A DNA stretch of 59,664 nt from a virus, in IMG/VR virus record IMGVR_UViG_3300024581_003789, positions 1 through 59,664 of that record; one strand, given 5' to 3'. Numbering within the stretch: the stretch's first letter is position 1; every line of letters starts with the position of its first letter. The notes under the pieces were generated by a model. The model was given only the letters and a program-made list of their open reading frames with translations, was not told the origin of the DNA and made no database searches. A program made the position numbers and the translations under genes. Below are positions 50,562 to 58,459 of this stretch, in pieces.

Positions 50562-52940
50562 ATGTCATTTGTTAAAATAGACAGAAATAATTTTGAGTAT
50601 GTCACACTAAATGTTAAGCCGGAGTTATCTTTTATTTCGTCTTCGCTTGGTGTGACAGGTTCAGAATATATCGCTCCAATTAGATCTAAATGTTTAAAAA
50701 ATTTAATTCCAACAACATTTGATTTAAACGGCGACGGAGAAACAACTTTTGGAGAAGCTATTTTTGCAGTTGCTTCATCCCCCGCCGGAACTTTGCACTC
50801 AATGCAAAATAATCCGCTTTCATATGATTTAGCAAATGCTCATTTGAGTGCAGTTAATAATGCAAATACTATAGCTAAATTTGATAAAACAATAGATGTT
50901 TTTAGAATCGATCAGCCAGGAACGTTTAACAAAAACAAGGTTGTAAAAAACGTAGTTAAAAATGTCTTAATGAAACAACATCAACATAGATACGAAAACT
51001 GCAATTTTACATATACAAATTATAATTCTCTTAACTTTTTTACATCAGAGACGATACCTACAGGCTCTGCTTTAATTTATCCTAACGTAGAGTTACCAGC
51101 ATTAGGACGAGGTGCATACGACCTACCTGATAGTTTTAGTGTAAACTTTTGGATTAATCCTAGATATTCTTCAACAAGTGAATATCATCCCGGAACAATA
51201 CTGCACATATCATCTTCAATTGCTATTAGTCTGATTACAGGATCATCTCCTACTAGAAATGAGTTTAACGAGTACAAAGATTTTAAAATATTGGTTCAGC
51301 TTAGTCAGAGTGCTGATATACCTCCGTCTTCACTTGATACTAACAATCTTAGTAAAGTTTTCCCCGCAGACTTAATCTTTACTTCTTCTTTCAGCTTAAG
51401 CAAAAATCATTGGCACCATGTATGTGTACAATGGGGTAACGCCTATCATAATAGTTCTGGTTCTATTATTATTGATGACGGTGAAACATTTTTTCATGTA
51501 CCATCTGCTTCTTTGCACGCAGACCCTAATAACACGCCCTCTGGGATTATCATAGGGAACTTCTACGATGGTTCTGTTACAAACTTAGCTGATATCCTAA
51601 ATGATGATATAGCCGCACTGGAAGGATTTACTGGTGTAGGCCCTGCAATCCCTGGTGCACCGGGTATTAACGAGAATACTTTTTCTCACCCGCTCAATGC
51701 CGAGATTCATGAACTAAAAATATTTGACATTCCCCTTAAAACAGAAGTGTCATGCGAGAACAGCAATTTAGTTACGCCAAGTGAATATGAATTAGTAAAG
51801 AGTCAAGGTGTAAGTAGTTTAGATAATTTACGTTTCTATTTACCTCCTTTCTTTTATCCGGAGACGTCAACTAGAGAGGTCTTAAACACACCATTTCAAA
51901 CAGTGACAAGTACTACAGACGACCCTATCAATGTAGGATTTTCTTTTGGTGTTAATGGTAAACTAATAAATCTAGAAAACTTTACAAGAGAATTTGTTAT
52001 AGGGCAACAGCCTAGACTTTTAGGATTAGTACCAGAGATTATAAGCACTTACACATCAGATTTGACTCCTGACGAGTATGTTTATGACAGCGGTGCTAAC
52101 AAAAAAAGAAATATGACAATTCTTCCTAATGACAACGGTCTATTTAAGCCAAATTATTTTGTATTGTCTAGTTCACCAATGTCTGAAAGCATCAAGTTTT
52201 ATTCTTCTGGCAACAAGTCAATAGGCTTACCCGACTATTCAATCGTATCACTGGAAAATTTAATCCCAACTAGTTCTTTATTTCCGGGTCTAGTTCAGTC
52301 TACAGGGTCTATGTTCGATGCTGTTGTTGAGGCAGGAGCTCAAAACCCGGGTGTCAATCAAGGTGAAGTTCTTACAATTGCCCAAAGAACAAAAGACGTA
52401 AGCAGTAATGAAGTAACAATATATGATATATCTAACATTTATTACGGAAACAGAATCCACCCAGGTAGCTTTGAAGTATTTGAAGAAGATTTGACCGGAT
52501 CTGATGGTAAAATTAAAATTAGATTGAGAGATAATGAAAGAGGATCTTTGTATCGAGCAGACTGCTTAACAGAACAAGCAAAATGGAACAATGTAGGAAG
52601 TATATTCTATGATGAGGGAATTGCAATGATTAAGTCACCTCATTTGTTCTATTTCAATAAAGATAAAACTCATATATCGTTTAAGGGCGAACAGAATATT
52701 CATACAATGATGCTAAATATTCCTGCCTATAAAGAACTATTTAATTCATCATCAAATCCAACATATCAAAAATACACCCCTAGTGACAATATAAATGATC
52801 AGCACCTAAGTGCTGTCTATGTATCAACAGTTAACATTCATGATAATAACTTTAATATTATAATGAAAGCAAATTTTGCTCAGCCTATTTTAAAGACTGA
52901 AGAAGATGAATTTGTCATTAGACTAAAAGAGGATTTTTAA
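50562..52940 (+). CDS. LamG-containing structural protein, C-terminal paralogue of 49330..50553
   Basis: FSVNFWINP, WHHVCVQW, AEIHELKIF; VGSIFYDEGIA; FNSSSNPTY..YVSTVNIHDNNFNIIMKANFAQPILK..IRLKEDF. Confidence 0.7.
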   Translation: MSFVKIDRNNFEYVTLNVKPELSFISSSLGVTGSEYIAPIRSKCLKNLIPTTFDLNGDGETTFGEAIFAVASSPAGTLHSMQNNPLSYDLANAHLSAVNNANTIAKFDKTIDVFRIDQPGTFNKNKVVKNVVKNVLMKQHQHRYENCNFTYTNYNSLNFFTSETIPTGSALIYPNVELPALGRGAYDLPDSFSVNFWINPRYSSTSEYHPGTILHISSSIAISLITGSSPTRNEFNEYKDFKILVQLSQSADIPPSSLDTNNLSKVFPADLIFTSSFSLSKNHWHHVCVQWGNAYHNSSGSIIIDDGETFFHVPSASLHADPNNTPSGIIIGNFYDGSVTNLADILNDDIAALEGFTGVGPAIPGAPGINENTFSHPLNAEIHELKIFDIPLKTEVSCENSNLVTPSEYELVKSQGVSSLDNLRFYLPPFFYPETSTREVLNTPFQTVTSTTDDPINVGFSFGVNGKLINLENFTREFVIGQQPRLLGLVPEIISTYTSDLTPDEYVYDSGANKKRNMTILPNDNGLFKPNYFVLSSSPMSESIKFYSSGNKSIGLPDYSIVSLENLIPTSSLFPGLVQSTGSMFDAVVEAGAQNPGVNQGEVLTIAQRTKDVSSNEVTIYDISNIYYGNRIHPGSFEVFEEDLTGSDGKIKIRLRDNERGSLYRADCLTEQAKWNNVGSIFYDEGIAMIKSPHLFYFNKDKTHISFKGEQNIHTMMLNIPAYKELFNSSSNPTYQKYTPSDNINDQHLSAVYVSTVNIHDNNFNIIMKANFAQPILKTEEDEFVIRLKEDF

Positions 52941-53482
52941 TGTTATTGTCTTTAGATATATCAACTAGCTGCACTGGGTATTGTATTTTTAATGATCAAA
53001 ATGAATTAGAAGTAATTGACTATATTGATTTAAGTAAATTTAAAGGCTTTTATGAAAAAGCATATGAAATTAAAAGAGTAATGAAAAACATTAAAGAGAA
53101 TTACTTAATTAATAATATAGCTGTTGAAGAAAATTTACAAGCTTTTAGGCCAGGTTTGTCCTCAGCAAAGACTTTAATGACTTTGGCACAATTTAACGGA
53201 ACTACTTGTTGGATATGCAAAGAAGTCTTTGACATTGAACCTATATCAATAAATGTAAATGCTGCTAGAAAAGCAATAGGATTAAAGGTTGATAGAAAAT
53301 CAAAAGAAAGTACTAAAGATCAAGTAAGAAAATGGGTTTTTGACAACGAGACAAATATACAGGACTGGCCTACAAAAACACTTAAGTCTGGAAGAAACAA
53401 AGGTCAAGTAAGAATCATAAAAGAAAGCTACGACATGGCTGACGCTTACGTTATTGGAAAGGCATATTTCAATTTAAATTGA
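52940..53482 (+). CDS. RuvC-like Holliday junction resolvase
   Basis: LSLDISTSCTGYCI, IAVEE, LAQFNG, KDQV, DMADAYVIG. Confidence 0.85.
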   Translation: MLLSLDISTSCTGYCIFNDQNELEVIDYIDLSKFKGFYEKAYEIKRVMKNIKENYLINNIAVEENLQAFRPGLSSAKTLMTLAQFNGTTCWICKEVFDIEPISINVNAARKAIGLKVDRKSKESTKDQVRKWVFDNETNIQDWPTKTLKSGRNKGQVRIIKESYDMADAYVIGKAYFNLN

Positions 53483-53517
53483 TATATATAATCACAATAC
53501 ATTAGCGTGAGAATTAA

Positions 53518-54429
53518 ATGAGAATTAAGAAAAGAAATCTTGTAATGATCATTGAATCTTTTTTAAAAGAAGAAAATGAAACAGATGATAGAAGTAACGA
53601 AGACCAGCTTCAATCTTTAATTGATAGTTACAGATCTAAGTCAGTAGAAGAAAAAAGGACAATTGCTTTTTTTATAAGAGATGCGTTAAGAAAATCAAAT
53701 TCTCTGGAAGGAGAAGCAATATCAATAATTGATGCAGTGATTAAGCATTTAATTAATGAAGAACCGATGACACCTGAGTCGATTGCGACAACTCAAAAGC
53801 TTATAATTGCTTTTATTTGCACAGTGTATGACGCAAAAGATGAAACAAAACGCGCTTTAATTAGTTTTTGGGATGATTATGCACGTCATGTTTTAAATCC
53901 TGCTGCTCCATTTGCAGTTATATCTACACTGGCTGGAGTCCCCGGCCTATCTGTAGTTTTGTATTTTTTAATGGAAGCAGTATGGTTTATCGATCAAGAT
54001 TTATACTACGAACTTTCCGACCTAGATGCAAAATCAATGAAAGCATTAGCTAACGCTGTTACGCTAGGTGGTTTTGAAACTGCAATTGATAATGTAAACG
54101 CTCAAATAGCCGCAAATGACATAGAGTTAATTTTATCAATTTTACAAATGTATTCAAACCCCGCGATCGCTAATCCTGTTACACTAACTGTCGATGGAAA
54201 GTCGTATGTAATAGACGGGACAGCTAAAACTAAAACTGAAGCAAAAGAAAATATTAAAAGATTGATTACGAAAGAGATAATTCCAAATTCTATCTCTTCT
54301 GCTATAAAATCAACAGCAGTAAATTATCTGTCTACTGATCCTGAAAAGTTGCACAAACAAGAAAAAGAGTCTATTGAAAAAAGTAGTGGTACAACTGCAG
54401 CTAAATTTAATGTTCTAGATAGAATATAA
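53518..54429 (+). CDS. Hypothetical protein with internal hydrophobic segment; possible head-internal/ejected protein
   Basis: N-terminal MRIKKRNLVMIIESFLKEE; hydrophobic PFAVISTLAGVPGLSVVLYFLMEAVWFI. Confidence 0.6.
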   Translation: MRIKKRNLVMIIESFLKEENETDDRSNEDQLQSLIDSYRSKSVEEKRTIAFFIRDALRKSNSLEGEAISIIDAVIKHLINEEPMTPESIATTQKLIIAFICTVYDAKDETKRALISFWDDYARHVLNPAAPFAVISTLAGVPGLSVVLYFLMEAVWFIDQDLYYELSDLDAKSMKALANAVTLGGFETAIDNVNAQIAANDIELILSILQMYSNPAIANPVTLTVDGKSYVIDGTAKTKTEAKENIKRLITKEIIPNSISSAIKSTAVNYLSTDPEKLHKQEKESIEKSSGTTAAKFNVLDRI

Positions 54430-54478
54430 TTTTTAATTAAAAATTGAAAATACCTACTCTTTAAGTTATGTTTCCTAT

Positions 54479-55444
54479 ATGGAAATCACGACTAAACAAG
54501 AAAAAATCGATCTTATTGAATCAGCATTTGGTGAATCATTGCTGGCAAATAGCGGAAAAAATGTATCCGTATCATGCCCAGTTTGTAAACAAAATAGCAG
54601 AACCAATTCTAAAAAGAAAAAACTCTCTATCTGTTTAGAGAAGGGTATATATCATTGCTGGGTGTGTGAGTCGAAAGGTAAAAATGTTGCCTCGTTTGCA
54701 TTTCGTTTTGCTAATGCTGATTCTGTGACAAGACAAAGACTGATAGAATCATTCAATCTTTCGCAAGAAGTTGAAGAAGATAAAAAAGTAGTGATTAAGT
54801 TACCAGAAGACTTCTCTCTGCTGTATTTTGATAATTCACGTCAAGGAGTAATCGCCAAACGTTATTTACACAAACGAGGTTGCAATCCTGATGATCTTTT
54901 AAGATATAAAATAGGAATAAGTAACGATCCAGAATACGTTAACAGAATAATCATTCCTTCATTCTCAGAAGACATGAAGCTTAATTTTTATTTATCTAGA
55001 TCATATGATGAAAGTTCAATTAGAAAATACAAAAACTGTGATGCTAAAAAAACAGAAGTGATCTTTAACGAGTATTTGACTAACTGGAATAAGCCTGTCG
55101 TGCTTGTTGAAGGAGTTTTTGATGCAATCAAAGCAGGTGATAATGCAATTCCTGTTTTGGGAAGCTGGATTGACGAAACTCACTTAATATTTCAAAAAAT
55201 AGTATCAAAAAAGTCAAAAGTAATACTAGGGTTTGATCCGGATGCAATAGAAAAAACAATGAAAATTGCTAAAAACTTATCTTCTTTCGGCATCGATGTA
55301 AGCATATGTGAACACAAAGAGACCGACTTTGGTGACATGAGCAAAGAAGAAGTAAAATTTTATATAGAAAACTCCAAGAAATATGAAATATCTGATAGAA
55401 TTACATATTTAATTAAGAATATTAGTTCAGGATCAATATTTTAG
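54479..55444 (+). CDS. DnaG-type DNA primase (Zn finger and TOPRIM)
   Basis: CPVC..YHCWVC, YLHKRG, NRIIIPS, KYKN, VLVEGVFDAI, GFDPDA, DFGDM. Confidence 0.9.
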   Translation: MEITTKQEKIDLIESAFGESLLANSGKNVSVSCPVCKQNSRTNSKKKKLSICLEKGIYHCWVCESKGKNVASFAFRFANADSVTRQRLIESFNLSQEVEEDKKVVIKLPEDFSLLYFDNSRQGVIAKRYLHKRGCNPDDLLRYKIGISNDPEYVNRIIIPSFSEDMKLNFYLSRSYDESSIRKYKNCDAKKTEVIFNEYLTNWNKPVVLVEGVFDAIKAGDNAIPVLGSWIDETHLIFQKIVSKKSKVILGFDPDAIEKTMKIAKNLSSFGIDVSICEHKETDFGDMSKEEVKFYIENSKKYEISDRITYLIKNISSGSIF

Positions 55445-55452
55445 GAGATAAA

Positions 55453-56058
55453 ATGAATAAATTATCCAAAAGTGCAATTAGAGATATGATTGTACAAGAA
55501 ATCGCTAAAATGGTAGGAGAAGACGCTTTAGTTTCTGGTGATAAAGACATGTATAGAAATACAGGGTTGAATCCTAACGCAAGAACGCCTCATAACATTT
55601 CAACAGTCAAACAATCAGATTCTTACGCAGACTTCGGAGGAGCTTCTACTAGCTCTAGCTGCAGTATTTGCGGTTGCACAGATTTTAACGAAGGTAGCTG
55701 CATGGAGTGTGGATATGTAAAAGAAGAAGTCTTGCAAGAAGCAGGCTGCGGATGCGGAAGTGTATCTTTGCCTGCCGGAAATGACTATTCAATTGAAACA
55801 ATGGGAATGGGAATGTTAAGTAATGTTATGAACGACATGAACGTTTTTGATAAAGCTAATCATGAGAAAGGTCATAATGATTACATGGCAAAACCGTCCT
55901 TATATAAGGTTGCCAAGTATGCACAAAAACTTTTACAAATGATCCCTGACGGTTATGAATTAGACGACTGGCAACGTACAAAAATTGCACAAATTTCTGA
56001 TGATATATCTGAAGTATATCATTCATTAGATTATGACTTTTATAATGACGAGTTTTAA
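55453..56058 (+). CDS. Hypothetical protein with Cys clusters; possible head-internal protein
   Basis: MNKLSKSAIRDMIVQEI; CSICG..CMECG; GCGCG; C-terminal MAKPSLYKVAKYA..L..ELDDWQRTKIAQ..D.IS.VYH.LDY helical module; AGGAG RBS. Confidence 0.6.
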   Translation: MNKLSKSAIRDMIVQEIAKMVGEDALVSGDKDMYRNTGLNPNARTPHNISTVKQSDSYADFGGASTSSSCSICGCTDFNEGSCMECGYVKEEVLQEAGCGCGSVSLPAGNDYSIETMGMGMLSNVMNDMNVFDKANHEKGHNDYMAKPSLYKVAKYAQKLLQMIPDGYELDDWQRTKIAQISDDISEVYHSLDYDFYNDEF

Positions 56059-57326
56059 TGAAATCAATATTAAGCTTATTTGAAGAAACAAAAAAAGATT
56101 GTGTTCCTGATCATTCAGATAGAATGTTAAGAGGATACAAATATCTACCTGCTCAATTCAAAGAGTTTCTTCCTGTAATGCGTCATCCAAATGAAAACTC
56201 TAAAGAGTTCAAAAAAGACATAGAAATTGTTTTAGACTGTCACAAAAACCCTAGCATGACAACTTCTTTTTTGAGAGATGCTGACGAATCTGTCGAAGAT
56301 ATCTTTAAAACATTTTGTGAAGAAAGCGGTTATAAAAACATTGATTGGAAAAAAATAAGTGACGTTTTAAAAGAAGTCGACTCAATTGTTCTTAATCTTA
56401 AGTATGAAAACAATCGACCCAGACCCATACATTATCTCAAAGGTATTGATGACACCATCAAGGCTAAATATAAAAAGTCGCCAAGCTTTCCTTCCGGGCA
56501 CACAACAATGGCGTACTTTATATGTGATGTTGTTTCAAATGCTATTCCTGATTTAAGGCAAGACCTTCAAACCCTTGCCTCGCTAATAGGACAGTCTAGA
56601 ATTGAAAATGCTGTTCACTTTCCAACTGATATTGAATACGGAAGACTAGTCGGCGAAACTTTAGCTGACATATTTTCGAGCGGAAAAGAGAATAGCATCA
56701 ACAAGCACTTAACAAGAAAATGCTACAAATCGCTAGCTGAGAAAATTATTTCAAAAAGCAGTTCAGTCAAAGATGCGATATATGACTTAGCTTATTTTCT
56801 GAATAGAAGCGCAGAGATAGAAAGCGCTAGCATTAATATAGATGATTGCTTTGAAGCTTCAAAATATTTAATGATGGGTATCCCGCCAAAAAATATAACT
56901 AGTTGTCCTCACATTAACTCACACATTGATTCACTTGCCATGGCAAATAATCTTGGTAAGATAGACAGCAATTACAAAGTCCATAATATTCACAAGTGCT
57001 TTGATGAAAAAGTATTAGACAGGGGCCTTCCGGGCGAATTTAGAAATTTCTCACATAGTTCACCCTCAGGTTGCAAATATCCAGAACCTTACGATTTAAA
57101 TCAGAAGCTTAAAAAATGTCACACTTTCAAAGATCAGCCGTGGTTAAGGCATGTTGTTTATGAATACATTCATCCTTTTTGTGACGGAAATGGAAGATCA
57201 GGAAGGGTGATCTTAGTTTCTGATCTAGACTTTGATATTGCAAAGGCTAATTCTTTAATTGGCGATAACTACATTAATAATATTATTGCCCACATACAAC
57301 CTGACAAAATTGAAAAGTTTTTGTAA
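56058..57326 (+). CDS. PAP2/haloperoxidase-superfamily phosphatase fused to a Fic (AMPylase) domain
   Basis: PAP2 motifs K-YENNRP-RP, PSFPSGH, SR-IENAV-H-FPT-D; Fic GEFR and HPFCDGNGRSGR. Confidence 0.88.
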   Translation: MKSILSLFEETKKDCVPDHSDRMLRGYKYLPAQFKEFLPVMRHPNENSKEFKKDIEIVLDCHKNPSMTTSFLRDADESVEDIFKTFCEESGYKNIDWKKISDVLKEVDSIVLNLKYENNRPRPIHYLKGIDDTIKAKYKKSPSFPSGHTTMAYFICDVVSNAIPDLRQDLQTLASLIGQSRIENAVHFPTDIEYGRLVGETLADIFSSGKENSINKHLTRKCYKSLAEKIISKSSSVKDAIYDLAYFLNRSAEIESASINIDDCFEASKYLMMGIPPKNITSCPHINSHIDSLAMANNLGKIDSNYKVHNIHKCFDEKVLDRGLPGEFRNFSHSSPSGCKYPEPYDLNQKLKKCHTFKDQPWLRHVVYEYIHPFCDGNGRSGRVILVSDLDFDIAKANSLIGDNYINNIIAHIQPDKIEKFL

Positions 57327-57328
57327 AG

Positions 57329-57356
57329 TGTAACAGTACCTTCTAAGATATATAAT
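57329..57356 (+). promoter_or_regulatory. Phage early-type promoter TGTAAC-N16-TATAAT (copy 1)
   Basis: Same elements and spacing at 57918 and 58401. Confidence 0.75.
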
Positions 57357-57386
57357 AGTATCATCCAACCAAATTAGGAGGAAGTT

Positions 57387-57914
57387 TTGGCAAAATTAAC
57401 TAAACAACAACTAAGAGATATTAAACTAAAAGTCCGTCAACAAAAAGCTGAAGAAGAAGTTCAAAACAAGCTTGAAGAGCTTAAATTAAAAGAATCAGGA
57501 AACGCTCAAAGCAATGAGGCTGAAAAAGCTCCTACAACTTTGGCAGAGGTTAAAGAAGCTCTGCAAAAACAAAAACAAGAAGCAGCTCAATCCGGTCAAG
57601 CTCAACAAACTCAAAAACAAAAGCTTAAAAAGATTAAGAGGGAAGTTAGAGACAAGTTACCTCAAAATAAAGGTAAGCAGATGACATGGAATTGTACAAT
57701 CGGAGACTTGGTTGAAGTTCCTAGCCGTTGGACTGGTACAAATGAAAACCTGATAGGTATAGTTGTTAAAGAATCAATTGATAAAAATGGCGATGGTATT
57801 AGAATTGGAGCAGGTGCCGGTATAGCAACTGACAGTACTCAATTTCAAATATTAACAACCGGTGGTTTTAAATGGGTATATGCTAAAGGCCTTAAGAAAA
57901 TTGAAGTTGACTAA
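57387..57914 (+). CDS. Hypothetical protein (Gln/Lys-rich coiled coil, SH3/KOW-like C-terminus)
   Basis: TTG start after AGGAGG; IGDLVEV..IGIVVK..FQIL..KWV. Confidence 0.65.
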   Translation: MAKLTKQQLRDIKLKVRQQKAEEEVQNKLEELKLKESGNAQSNEAEKAPTTLAEVKEALQKQKQEAAQSGQAQQTQKQKLKKIKREVRDKLPQNKGKQMTWNCTIGDLVEVPSRWTGTNENLIGIVVKESIDKNGDGIRIGAGAGIATDSTQFQILTTGGFKWVYAKGLKKIEVD

Positions 57915-57917
57915 AAA

Positions 57918-57957
57918 TGTAACCACACTAAACATTGTATATAATATAACCACAACC
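57918..57957 (+). promoter_or_regulatory. Phage early-type promoter (copy 2) with TATATAATATAACCACAACC leader
   Basis: TGTAAC 57918, TATAAT 57940; the 20-mer at 57938-57957 is identical to 58421-58440. Confidence 0.8.
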
Positions 57958-57969
57958 AATGGAGAAAAT

Positions 57970-58413
57970 ATGAGTAATATATCACTTAACAAACCTAGAT
58001 TTATTGGAAGGCCACATAATGAAAACTTATATTACTACCTTAAAAGTCTAGGCTGGGATATGACGTTACATAGAGGTAATGAATACTTTATAAGAAACGG
58101 TAAAGACTTTAGAGGGCCTAAGTCAAACGATGGCCTATTTAAAGGAAGTGATGGAAAATACTACTATTGTTCATTCCAAGAACACCTTAAAGAAGACGGA
58201 TCTTTTCACTTCTTCCAGTATACTATACAAAAAAAGTCTAGAACTAGCGGTAATTATAAAGTTCTAATGGCAGGTACTTTAACAACAGACAAATATGAGC
58301 CTTTACCACCTGGCTGGCCTGAAGACCCAAATTTTGTGCATGATGTGACACCTAAGATGGTTGATAAAAAGATCAATGAAATTAAGACACTAATCAAAAG
58401 TGTAACAGCTTAA
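57970..58413 (+). CDS. Hypothetical protein
   Basis: Start moved from 57862 to ATG 57970, after GGAG and the promoter. Confidence 0.7.
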   Translation: MSNISLNKPRFIGRPHNENLYYYLKSLGWDMTLHRGNEYFIRNGKDFRGPKSNDGLFKGSDGKYYYCSFQEHLKEDGSFHFFQYTIQKKSRTSGNYKVLMAGTLTTDKYEPLPPGWPEDPNFVHDVTPKMVDKKINEIKTLIKSVTA

Positions 58414-58440
58414 CCAGTATTATATAATATAACCACAACC
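58401..58440 (+). promoter_or_regulatory. Phage early-type promoter (copy 3)
   Basis: TGTAAC 58401, TATAAT 58423, ACCACAACC leader. Confidence 0.8.
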
Positions 58441-58459
58441 TAATCATCCAGGAGAAATA

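Noticed and set aside
52940-53482. RuvC domain as TnpB/Cas12 or transposase
   Set aside because: Only 180 aa with a plain resolvase motif layout; no Zn ribbon, IS ends or RNA-sized gap.
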